Source: Azolla caroliniana
Taxonomy: Eukaryota; Plantae; Polypodiophyta
Length of the DNA stretch: 64,000 nucleotides
Direction: 5' to 3'
NCBI GenBank assembly: GCA_043228905.1
Contig: JBHGNT010000001.1
Coordinates: 9,734,001 to 9,798,000 of the forward strand
The notes under the pieces are model-generated. The model was not told the origin of the DNA. It searched no databases and saw only the letters and a program-made list of their open reading frames with translations. Made by a program: the position numbers and the translations under genes. This document shows positions 52,595 through 64,000 of the stretch, in pieces (position 1 is the stretch's first letter; each line of letters starts with the position of its first letter).

Positions 52595-55425
52595 TTTGTT
52601 GGTTTTATCAAGCTAACAAAAGTTCGTAATATATTGGGTGGTTTTTTATTATCACAAAATGGGTTTGTAAACTCAAAAGACTAGATTGCCATTTCCCAAA
52701 GCAATATATTCAATCATGGGATCAGGAAAGATTAGAGCAACATATGATTTGCAAGCTAGCTTTCGAGGGCATTTTATAGCCATATGAAAGGCTCGATTCT
52801 TTTGTAACTCTTGGCTCATTGTTGCCATGTAGGGTTAAAATATATGATTTAGGCCACAATGAAGGAAACCTCCTCTGGAATTGTTGGGGGACCTGGTTTC
52901 AATTTTTTCCATAGAAGATTGCATTGGATTGGGGTTAGTACTTCCACTTCATTTTTGTAGTGGGGAGGGGACCTGCCTCTCCCATGAAAATATACTTATA
53001 TTGGAATATCACGAACTAATGAAAATTGATTGAATTTGATACCATTAAGCTTCATTATTAAGTTTGGTTGATATCATTGAGAAAAATGCTCTTTCTCAAC
53101 AACAATGATTATTTGTACTTTTGTCTCCCGTCTTTTCTTACTCATAGAAATGCTCATCATCATGATTATGTAATTGTATACAAGTTATCAGGCTTTAAGC
53201 CATGCTGTCTTGTGTGATATTCATTCTTTACGACATTATATCTTGTATGTGAGCTGATGATACATATACATATTTCTCATTAGCACATAAATCTCATCAT
53301 TATCGTCCAACTAACTGCTTTGCATGGTCAGATGCAAATATTCTGAACTTTTTGTTCATATTCTGAACTTTTTGCATCCAACAACACTGCCACTCTGATA
53401 TGCATAGGTAATGAATGGCATATCCTCTGTAATTGATAGAATGCCCTGTTCAAGATGTGGACATGCATGCAATTGGTCGTCAAAAGCACAATGTGATGAA
53501 GCCATTGCTCATAGAAGACACTTGCTTTCGATGATTTGCAATGACCCCAAGCACTTCTTGCACAACTAATGCCCACATTAAAACTCAAGATTTACAACTC
53601 CATGGGTGTCTCTCAATAGAAAATGTGTAAAAAAACACTCGAATGTCATGCAACTAATGTTTCTATTGCAAGAATCTCACAATTCAGAACACTGTAGACA
53701 ATGGTAATTATTAGTCGAGACCTAAATTTCATGATGATATCCTTTCATGGAGTGCACTCCAAAACAAAATAATGTGATGGAAATCTGCATGATAAATGTA
53801 GTTACAAAACCATGTCTCATTTCATGCAAATCATTTTGAGCAATGCTGCAATCCCTTAGATGTTATGCTTTCATGGAGTGCATTTTCAAAGATGTTAAGG
53901 TGATGGAAATATCACAAGAGCAATGCAATTAGGTGGTGTGTTTCATTTTGTACAAAACATATCTAGGCAACTTTCATACATCATAAACTTGGAAACATGT
54001 TTTTATTTCTTTCATGTTTACCAACAACATTGCACAGTCCCTATCAGTTCATAACATTCATTTTGCTCCCACTTTATTAATTTTATTGACTATAGTTACA
54101 TTTGATGAATCATGTGTACATAAGACAATGGATACTACAATTTCATTCTAGTATTCCTTGAAATTTAGGAGCTGTTGATAGTTTCCCACTTGTTTGAATA
54201 GCGTATCAAAGTTTACAACCATGGATACTAGCATTTTCTGAAATTTGGAAATGTTAAATAGGAACTTTCCATCAAGTCCATTGCTACATCACGTGACAAG
54301 ATGATCTTCTTACATTAGGGAATACATGTGTCCCGTGTCTCAAGCAATCTTCTAAATGTAAATATTTGAGCACACATGAATAGATATAACTTATGTCCCA
54401 TGGCCTCTACTAGATGCAAAATTTTGAGCATAGCATAGGGTAATCAGGAAAATTTGTTTGCAAAGAAAATTATGTCAAATTAACCGTGTATACAAATGAG
54501 GTATGTAGAATTATGGGGTGTATGTAACCACCGAATGTTGAATTAACAATGGCACATCAACAATTTTTCGTTAGCATTCAATCTAATTAATGGCTTGCTA
54601 TTGAAGCAAACAAAAGACAATGTTTTCTCAAATGATTTCATAAATGTGTTAGATAAGGTACTCATATGGGTTCACCGGATAAATTTGACAAATGTATAAT
54701 ACCAAAGCTCATGAACAGATGCTGCAAGATTTTGTATATAATCACCGTGCAATGGTATCAAACAAGCATTTAATGCTTTCTAGGAGAACAGTGGAAATGA
54801 GATTTAAAATAATGGGCAAAATGTATCTTGATGGTGTCAACAAATACTCACAAAACAGGTGGTTTTATATTAAGTTAAGAACCATTGAGTTTCAATAAGA
54901 TACATTACTTTTAGTATGAAGAAAATTACATGGTACCGCCAGCATCTCAACCACGAGAATTGCCCTTAGATTATTTCTTAAAGATAAATTAAAGATTACC
55001 TGAATAATGTGATGCAGAATCTTCATATGATTACCTGTTGCTGCCTGAATCAATTAATAACTGAAGCATCAAGTCAACCATGTTATAAACATTTCCATGC
55101 ACGCGATTAAAATCTGTTGACTCCTCGAATAGAGCTTTACAGTGACAGGATTCCTGAACATAGATTAAGTGATACTAATATCACTGTTTTTTTCTTTGAA
55201 ATACTTAATTGGTAGTCCCTGAAAAAATAAAAGGCAGTGAATTGCCAATATGGCTAGTTCTTTCAAAGAACTTTGGTTTTTTGAAAGATTTATCCAAAAG
55301 AGGCAAAACATATGGTAAATATTGTAAATGATTTGAAAAGGTTTAGCTAAAATTTCAGGATATTTTGCAGTTTTTATTTTATATGACAAGCACTTTAGAA
55401 ACAAAGTGAGGGTTCAAATGATTAC

Positions 55426-57729
55426 CTATGCATTCTCAAGTGAATTGCGCATACCACATATTTTGTCTTGAATAAGTTGTCTCTCCCAAGGTGCCACATC
55501 AGTGAAAGCATCTTCAGGTAGAGATTCAAAGGGTTCTTTGTTGGGATCATTTTTGGCAAGGTCATATGTTGCCCCTCTTATTGCTTCCTTCTTTGGACCG
55601 CATGGTCTCTTTGATGTCAAAAACTTGTAAGCATCATTCAGCTGAGCCATCATCACAACACCAAGTTGTTTAAATCGTTCCAAATTTTATGCTAAATGTT
55701 TCCATCACAAGCTTATCCATTAATTGTGGCTCCTTATTCAAAGATGATCCACGGCATTACATGAAACCAGAAACGATGTACAATGGCTACACAAACATGG
55801 TTTCACATTCATTTCATGGAATTCGAAACAACATCAAACTACCTATACAAAGATATGATCCACGATCATTCCGTGAAACAAATGATCTACACAAAGAGGT
55901 GACTCCTATTTGTTCCATGAAACCAGAAACAATATGCAATGGCTACAAAAGATGAGATTCACAATCATTCAAAAGAACCCACAAAGAAATATGCAATAAT
56001 GATCTACACAAAGAGACTCACATTCATTCCATGAAACCAGAAAAGGTAAGCAATAACAACAGCAGGTGCACGACCAAGCCCAGCGGTGCAATGAACATAG
56101 ACGGTTTTCCCTTCCGAAATTGCCCTTTGTAATCCACACACAGCTTTTGGCAGCTCCTCTCTCAATGAGTTTGGATCAAAATCTCTGGCCTGCACAAGTG
56201 AACTATTAGTACCAATTAGATACAGGGAAAATACAAACACAAAATGCCCCTAACTTGTTGAGTATTTACTTGATTACCCGTGACTAAGTTTCTGATATTG
56301 TGGAAATTCCTAACACAATTTCGTGCCACACCTGGGGTTGATCTACTCAGGTTTTTTTTAACATAGTGTCATTGTGGTATATCTCCATCAAATTAAGGGT
56401 ACTTCCATGTTCACACCTTACACGTCACTTTGAACACATACATGCACATACACATAAACATAAGTGTAAGTGGATGTGTATATGAATGTGAAGTCTCCAT
56501 GTGTGTAGGTACATACACGTATATGCATGTCTGTATATGTAACGTATTTGAATACATACACATTGAATTATGCAAATACTTGGGTCTGGACTTACAGGAT
56601 TTCTCATGTAGACAATCCCCAATTCATCACAACGCTTAGTGATCGGATTTATATCGATTCCCCAATATTCGATGTCCTTATCCTGCTGAAGATTCAGTAT
56701 TGCTCTTACACCTTCTTCATTATAAATCCGATCGATGTCAACCACTGTCTGTGGTTGTGACCCCACGATAATATTGTCAAGAATACGTGTGTAATAAATT
56801 CCTGATGTTTTTCAAAAGATCTGGATTAGAATGGTACAAAATCAAAGAAACTGGTTGTTTTCTCAGTCTAAGTCAAGGATGAGCAAATGAGGAGTTAAAA
56901 TGCATGTAGAAGAAAATCAAAATTGCTGCGACCTGATGAAATTAGAGTTCATTATTAAGGCTTTAGAAAGGAGTAGGTAAATACATTTTGTTCCTAGCAC
57001 TTTAAAAGAAATAGTGGACGTATCAATTGACGTGTAAAAACATGAAATTGAAGCTCGCTTATACATTATAAGTTTTTGGCAGCATTTGGCTTATTTGAAA
57101 AGAAATGCAAGCAAATTATGTACTTTTTCCCTCTCTGTAATGCAACGAATTCAGTGAAGTTGGACAGAAATAAATGAAAGCATTTCAAGCATCCGAAAAG
57201 AAAATCAAGCTTCTCTTTTTCTTTCTGCAATGCATCAATCAATCAAAAGAATAAATCTTTTACATTCTGTAAACCAATTAAATACACCAGTAAAGAGAGA
57301 AAGCAATAACCTTTCTATGCAAACAAACGGAAAAACAATGTAGAGAGAAGAGGCATCCGTACCAAGATCATGATGATATTCGTATGGATTTCGCATCTCG
57401 CGTTGCATGTTACGATTATACTCCTCCTCCTTGGAAGCAGAAGCAGAAGCAGAAGAAGTAGAAGAGGACGAGGAGCAGCAGATAATGCGACAGAGACGAG
57501 CAGAAAGAGGCCATGGGAGAACTCTTCTTCTTCTTCTAGAGACGGAGGAGGGAGACGCAGCAGCAACGGTGGCGGTGGATGGAGTAGACGCAGGAGAAGG
57601 GGGAGGAGGAGCAGCACCATCGGCAGCGACGATAATGGGCGATAATGAAGAAGAAGAAGAGAGAGAAGGGGAAGAAGAAGACGAAGTGGAAGAAGGGGAA
57701 GAGACGAGAGCAGAAGAGAGAGATGCCAT
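55426..57729 (-). CDS. LSF2: Phosphoglucan phosphatase LIKE SEX FOUR 2, 4 exons, ~318 aa, with plastid transit peptide
   Basis: Exons 57729-57363, 56801-56596, 56189-56022, 55641-55426 (957 nt). Ser-rich transit peptide, MRNPYEYHHDLG, VGSQPQ, LNLQQDKDIEYWGID, catalytic VHCTAGLGRAP, C-terminal RGATYDLAKNDP...WER. No CBM48 domain, which distinguishes it from SEX4 and LSF1. Confidence 0.95.
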
Positions 57730-57869
57730 GGATCCTGTGCTGCGTGCTTTGATCTTCTGGCCAGAGAAATCAGAAGATGATGATGATGAATGCAGAAGAA
57801 GAAGACGAAGAGACAATGAAGAGCCGCTTCAATCATCTCTTCTTAATCGACACCTCTTCTTACACATAC

Positions 57870-57982
57870 ACACGAATACGAATACGACTATGACTACGAA
57901 TACGAATACGAATACGAATACGAATACGAATACGAATACGAATACACGTAGGGATACGGATACACGTACACGTACACGTACT
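57870..57982. repeat. (ACGAAT)n / (ACACGT)n microsatellite upstream of LSF2
   Basis: Directly visible hexamer repeats. A G-box (GCCACGTG) lies near 58032. Confidence 0.85.
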
Positions 57983-58559
57983 ATTGTGTACATGTACCCA
58001 TACACCATCACGCGTGCATGTGTCCATGGGTGCCACGTGAAAACCCACACAACCGAGGAATCCCATCGAGTTTTGAATCGTGATGAAACTTGCGTTTCAC
58101 CAATTTGGCATATCTTGTGAGAACCTACTTGTATTAACTGTATGCGGGTGCGCCCTAACCTCCAAGTAACGTTTCAACAATGTTGAGATCGACCACCACT
58201 TCTGTGCGTAAGATTTAGACAAAGTTGCTCGATTGTGGATTGATGTTTCCGTAGTTTTTTGAACAGTCCCAACACAACGACAGTTTGGTGCGCTTCCTCC
58301 CATTTGCTCCCCCCCCCCCCCCCCCATAACCATAAAGTGCAACAAAAGGATGTTTTTTCTTGAAAAGGAAAGTGCATTTTTGAAGAGGGTTATTGATGAT
58401 ACTCTAGTCTGATTGCTTAAACATACATTGAAAGAAAAAGGCAACTCCAAACATAATGAAAAATGCTTTGCATAACATATATCTGCTTCCATGCTCGAAT
58501 AACACAAACGAATCACGAGGCTCATGGAGAAAGTTTCCTTCAATGGTAAGATCGATGAT

Positions 58560-59320
58560 CTATAGGAAAGTCGAATGTTACGTTATTTCAGTTAATTCAA
58601 TTGACATGTATGTTATCATCCATAAATTTGGGGTAATGGTTTTGATGACAATGCAACTACTCAATACAAACAGAAATTTATTGACCCAAAAATCAAGCAT
58701 GTAGCGCTCCCTCTACCAAAGGATATTTGGTGGCAGATGAAAGAAGCCTCATTTGACTTGACATTACAGTGCAAGTATAAGGTGATATCATCAACGAATT
58801 TAGCTACTCTTAACTTTGCACTTGAAAACGGAATAGGCAATCCATGTAGACCAATGTCATTAGCCATCGAAAAGAAAATCATTTGCTTCAACAAAGAAAA
58901 GAAATAGAAAAGAAGCCAAATGGCAACCCTGTTGAGATGGTAAAGAAAGGTACATAGTCCCTTGCCAATAAAACACGTCTTTGTGTTGTACAATATAAGA
59001 AGGCAATACTTATAATCCACTCCTAAGCGAAACCAAACTTAGTCTATGTACTTCGCAAGAAGTTCCAATCAACACGATCGTAAACTTTCTCAAAATCAAG
59101 CATAACAATTGCTTACCTCCGTTTGAATTTGGTAGCTATAGCAATTGATTCCCAAATGTTTGTACATTATCTAAGATATTGTTAGATTAAGATATAATCA
59201 ATGATCAACCCCAAGTTGTCAATTTATCCCCATATGTATGGTTACAGTGCACATTTTGTGATAGCAGCCCAAATGAATTGTGCAACCCGACCATATGGGT
59301 CGATAAGGTGTCAATCTAGG
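58560..59320 (-). mobile_element. LINE reverse-transcriptase fragment
   Basis: Minus-strand DFEK/VYDRVDW remnant near 59070-59100 and LHGLPIP...AKFVDDITLYL (YADD-type). Confidence 0.7.
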
Positions 59321-61049
59321 AAATCGTAGATGAGTAGGACACAATGTATTTAGGCAAGAGCGAAGTAGGCTAATAGGATTGACTAATTAAGTCAACTAGA
59401 AGAATATTTTGTGGCCAAGTTACGATGTACTTAGTCTTGAAGTATGTGCCATTGACTTAAGTACTATCCAGCACCATCTTGTATCTATGGAGTTGGGTCA
59501 TATTAAGTGACAAGTTAGTTGACAAAAAAGGAATATCTCCACTACTATCAACTGACTTGCACATTTTATGTTACACTTAGACCAAATAGAGAATATAATC
59601 CACTCTTACTCGTGGTTGTGACCATTATCTGTCCCCACTAATTTTGTAGTGCGGTGGTCAAGATCCCATCTAAGCTCTAATGTGTGAGCGTGTGGGTGAA
59701 CTACCATTGCGAGCTACTCTCATAAGTAATAGAAAATTTGTTTTCATATATTCATCTCTATGATTGTAATTCTATATATCTATCTATTTGACTCTCAATA
59801 TTTCTAACATGTACTCCATATAAGTGTATAACTGTATGTAACATAGTTTGAAGGCAATTACTAAGTAGTTTAGTTAGGATGCTATAAATTATGTTGAGTA
59901 TAGTGATAGGGCCACCCTCAGACTTAGGTATAAGGCAAATTAGTCACTTTGTAAAATGTGAAGGCATATAAGGATCATGGAAATTTTGTTGATAGGCCAC
60001 ATATAAGTCTACCTTGATCAAATCCCAATACTCAAGAAAAATGCCAAGGTTGGTCACCTATTTAACAACAATTCTAAAGGCACTTTGCATTAGATGTAGG
60101 ACCCAAGTCCCACACCTCATAATATTGTGTGAAATGATAATATGAATCTCATGCACAAAACTAGATTGTTCAATCTACCTAGCCTTTTATTACAAAGAGA
60201 AGGCGGAGACTCCAATAAATAGTATTAAAACCTTTATCCATGTGAGAACAATACAACCTATATTCACTTTCATTGGCTTTCACCTCATATTAAGCATTTG
60301 TCACTAATATTGTAATTATTGTTAAGAAACTATTCAAATTGATTGTTTGTGTAATCCGCAAGAAAAGAATATTTGTGAAAGCATTCCACCTCGACGGTGA
60401 TAGGGTCGCTCACAGAAGCGGATCCACATATTGTTCAAGCATTAATGGTTGGTTTGTTTCACAAATTATCCAAGGTGTTTATAGGTAACCTCAAGATACA
60501 TTTGCACAACTTCTGAGGTGGGGAAACTATGTTTAGGACAAAATAAAGGCACCCTTATTTGCCATAACATCGGTTTGATGGTGTAGCTAGCATATTGAAA
60601 ATATTGAAGTTCCGATACATGTAAAGCTTCCTCTTAATTTTCCTACCCACTTAATGTCCTACTTTTTTGTGCACCAAAAAGGTGGCTCTATGTGTTGGCC
60701 CTACCCATGAAAGAGAAATTGCCTTCTCCCCTAAACACATTGATTGGAACACAACAATAGTTTTTTTTTTCTTTTGCAAGGATAGCAATGAATGTGTTGG
60801 GTACAAGGTCCCTTTCAAATATGATGGGAAAAATTGATGATCGATCCAAAGATAGGAGAAGTAGATATACACATATGTGCCAAGTTGAAGGTCATGAATT
60901 GAAGTTCTCTTCTGTCATTCATATTGCAGTAGTAGTAGTTGTTGTTGTCGTCCTCCTCGTAATGTAAAAGATAAATCGACAAGATAACCCCCAAGCTCAT
61001 TCCTCTTCAGTTTCCTTTTGTTCCATTGTTCCAGGCTCGATTCTGAACA

Positions 61050-61215
61050 ATGATAATCAATGTTGACGATCAAGATGTTTTTGAGCTCTCCGGTCCAATT
61101 CACCTCTGCAACAAAAGGTTCTCTTCCATGGATACATTCACATATGCACACCCACACATTTTTCATACACAATGTCATACATATATACATACATACATAC
61201 ATGCATGCATGCATG

Positions 61216-61247
<32 letters not shown>

Positions 61248-63620
61248 TAACATGCATACACACATTTGGATCTCCATACATACATGTATATATCTATTAT
61301 ATTTCTTCTAATTGTTGGTTTTGGGTCTCTCTTTTATCACTGTGCAGGGAATTGTCGGCGGGAGATAAACATGCTTTGATGGCTGCACTTGTTCAATCAG
61401 TGTATGTTGCAGAGAAAGATCGGCAGCAAGAGAGGGAAGGGATTGATGCCCTTGCTCCGTCATGGTGGATGCCACTTGGCTACAGACTCCTAGCTTTCAT
61501 CGGAGAGGAAGAAGGAGAGGGAGATTCAGGAGAAGGAGAAGGAGAGGAAAATGATCAAATCATAGGTGCCATATTCAAGAAAACCATTAAACAGAATGGT
61601 TTCTGTGATGATGATGATGATGATGATGATGATAATGAAGAAGAGGATTTGAAGAAAATGTCTGAGAAGGGTAGAATGCAATTGGTTGTGGCATTTAGAG
61701 GGACAATGCTTCAAAGTGCAGAATCTATGCCCAGTGACATGATGTCTAACTTATATTTGGTCACTCATCAGCTCCATAAAACATCGAGATTCGCGGCTGC
61801 GCTCCATGCCATCAGAGTTTCCATTGATCAGGTATGTAATGCACTCACCAGCAGCATTGTATGTACTATGTACTATGTGATACACTCACACAAACATGTG
61901 TGTGTGTGTGTGAGGGGTCTCTGGGGGTGGGCAATACTCTAACTTTTGGATAATTACCCAAACATACCCTTTTCAATAAATACCCAAATACCCCTTTTCG
62001 GTAAGACTTCAATGCTTAGGCCTACTTTAATAAACACAGATTGACCCACAAGTTCAAGGGTGTTTTGGTGCATGTTTTCTCCCCCCATTAACCTTTTTAC
62101 CATTGTGGAGGGGCATTCTCATGATTTATATAAACTTATGGCCAATTGTGGTATAAAAAAAAAACAAATACCCAAAATGTTGGGGCATTCTCGTGCCAGT
62201 CTTCCAAAATCTTGCTCATCTTTAGTACAAAATTTACCACCTCAAAGGGATAATCTTGCAAAAAGAGAAGGTTTAAAGTTAGGGGTGTTTTGGTATGTAA
62301 GGCATCTCAAGTGTTTTGGTGATCCCCCTACTCTTTATTTATGAAGGTATTGGAAAAACCGGAGACAATTGCATTTTGTGATCCCACCACAGTATAGAAA
62401 GTATTGTCCCCCCCTTCACACACACAGAGTAAGTTTTCTCACAAGAAATGTGGGCCTTTATTCCGTATAATTCAATGGATATTACAATATTACGTGATTG
62501 ATGAAACCACGAAAAACATGTACATTATGCAATCCACGAAAGTATAAAAAGCACATCTTGATATGTTCCCACACCTCAATAGAATTATGTATGAAAATAT
62601 GGATAGTTAATCGTATTCAACAACAAGATATGATTTTACAATTTATGAAGCTTTAGAAACGAAATAGGAGTACAAATGTACCAAGATCGAGTACCACATG
62701 GGAAATGTGTATTTTCTTCCCATACCATGCATCATATGTTTAACATGTGGGCTTTTACAATATCATGATAGGATTACACATGGGGATGCCTAGGGAAATA
62801 GGGATATTTTCCCATACCATGTTGGATAGTGTTAAAAGTTAATTCTCATGTTATTTGGCATGATGTCCAAATAGCAAGATTGTAACAAATTCTTGTCCGA
62901 TGAATTGGCTCAATATCTATATTTCAATAGGGCAACTACTTATTATGTTTGATAGGCTCTTGTGTAAAATCACACTAAAATTGTTTTGAAATCAAGTAGG
63001 TGGGAAGTGAGAATGTTAGCATAGCCGGGCATTCTTTGGGTGCAGCTCTTGCTATGCTTGGAGGACAAACTCTTGCACGAGAAGGCATCCATATTGATAC
63101 TCATCTTTTCAACCCCCCTTTTCCGTCACCACCAATTGAATACATAAAGAATCACCGATCAAAGCTGATTTTAAACATTGTTCGAGTTGTAACTGCTGCA
63201 AGTCTCTCAAGTTTCCTTCTTGACCCGTGTAGTAGAGAAGAAGCTTTGGAATCATTTTTTGCTCTCAAAGACTGGTTCCCACACCTTTATGTAAATGCAC
63301 AAGACCCAATTTGTTCCTCATACATTTCTTTCTTTAGTTGTCATGAATTAATGCAAAAGTTGGGTGTAGGTTTCATATCAAAGTTATCAGCCCCTCTCTC
63401 CTTAAGGGGAGCCCTCCAAAAGTATCTATTAGGTGAATGCAAAGCCTTCCATTTAATACCTTGTGCACATTTTTACAATGTAAAAAAGACGCCTAGAGAG
63501 TTTGTCAAAGCACATGGGCTTCATCAATGGTGGGCACCTACACTCGAGTTTGAATACCAAGAAATCAACCTTTTTTTTGAAGAGAAGTCCAAGTGGTTGT
63601 CAATCAAACATTCAACTTGA
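61050..63620 (+). CDS. Class-3 lipase-like alpha/beta hydrolase (At4g10955-like family), 3 exons, ~390 aa
   Basis: Exons 61050-61117, 61348-61831, 63000-63620 (1173 nt). FELSGPIHL, LVQSVYVAEKDRQ..LAPSWW, VVAFRGT, nucleophile elbow AGHSLG, HLFNPPF, WFPHLYVN.DPIC, AHGLHQWW. A likely 5'UTR intron acceptor lies at 61035. Confidence 0.88.
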
Positions 63621-64000
63621 TACATGAAGCCCATAACAACATATCGTTCTATCCAAGATCTTGCCTAATACAAGATGCTTATAACATTCTATCCTTTCAT
63701 CTGACACTAGTCATTTTTATTAAAACCATCTACTTAGTCGATGTTGTTATTACTTTGTTTCTTTAGTGAAGAACCCATCTTGGGTCTAAAAATCACAAAC
63801 AGTAAGATCGAATCCGCCATTTCGTGTCACACAAAACCCAATTTCATTCTAATTCACGTTCTATAACTCCAAAACCTCACTTTGGAGCCTCGAGCACATT
63901 TTGCATCTCAACAATATTCTTGGTTATTGTCTTTACAAATGGTGATATATGGTGTATTATGTATATAACATTTTATTTTTAGATCCATATATGTAGTACC

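Noticed and set aside
57315-58120. Antisense and alternative-frame ORFs (237 aa, 173 aa) over LSF2 exon 1
   Set aside because: Low-complexity shadows of the Ser-rich transit peptide and adjacent microsatellites.
61940-62310. Possible MITE in lipase intron 2
   Set aside because: Terminal inverted repeats are too imperfect and no TSD was identified.

Overview
Eukaryotic, intron-containing, microsatellite-rich land-plant DNA. A seed-free vascular plant such as a fern is plausible from the divergent DELLA and the SSR density, but this is inference only. Five apparently intact genes were reconstructed by hand from splice sites. They are a single-exon DELLA-type GRAS regulator (-), an 18-exon DNA ligase I (+) with two in-frame starts and one GC-AG intron, a 6-exon COBRA-family GPI protein (+), a 4-exon LSF2 phosphoglucan phosphatase (-) and a 3-exon class-3 lipase-like alpha/beta hydrolase (+). 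There is also a ferric-reductase (FRO) pseudo-exon. Intergenic space holds decayed Ty1/copia and LINE elements. One of these is a full-length copia with both LTRs, PBS, PPT and a 5-bp TSD, and it carries two nested insertions. The most unusual signals are a ~230-bp insertion made of two oppositely oriented tRNA-like (A/B-box) modules with a 12-bp TSD, a perfect 23-bp palindrome centred on a TCP-type site upstream of DELLA, a perfect 24-bp intronic hairpin in COBRA, and a perfect 462-bp tandem duplication inside a decayed retroelement. No prokaryotic-type system such as CRISPR is present.
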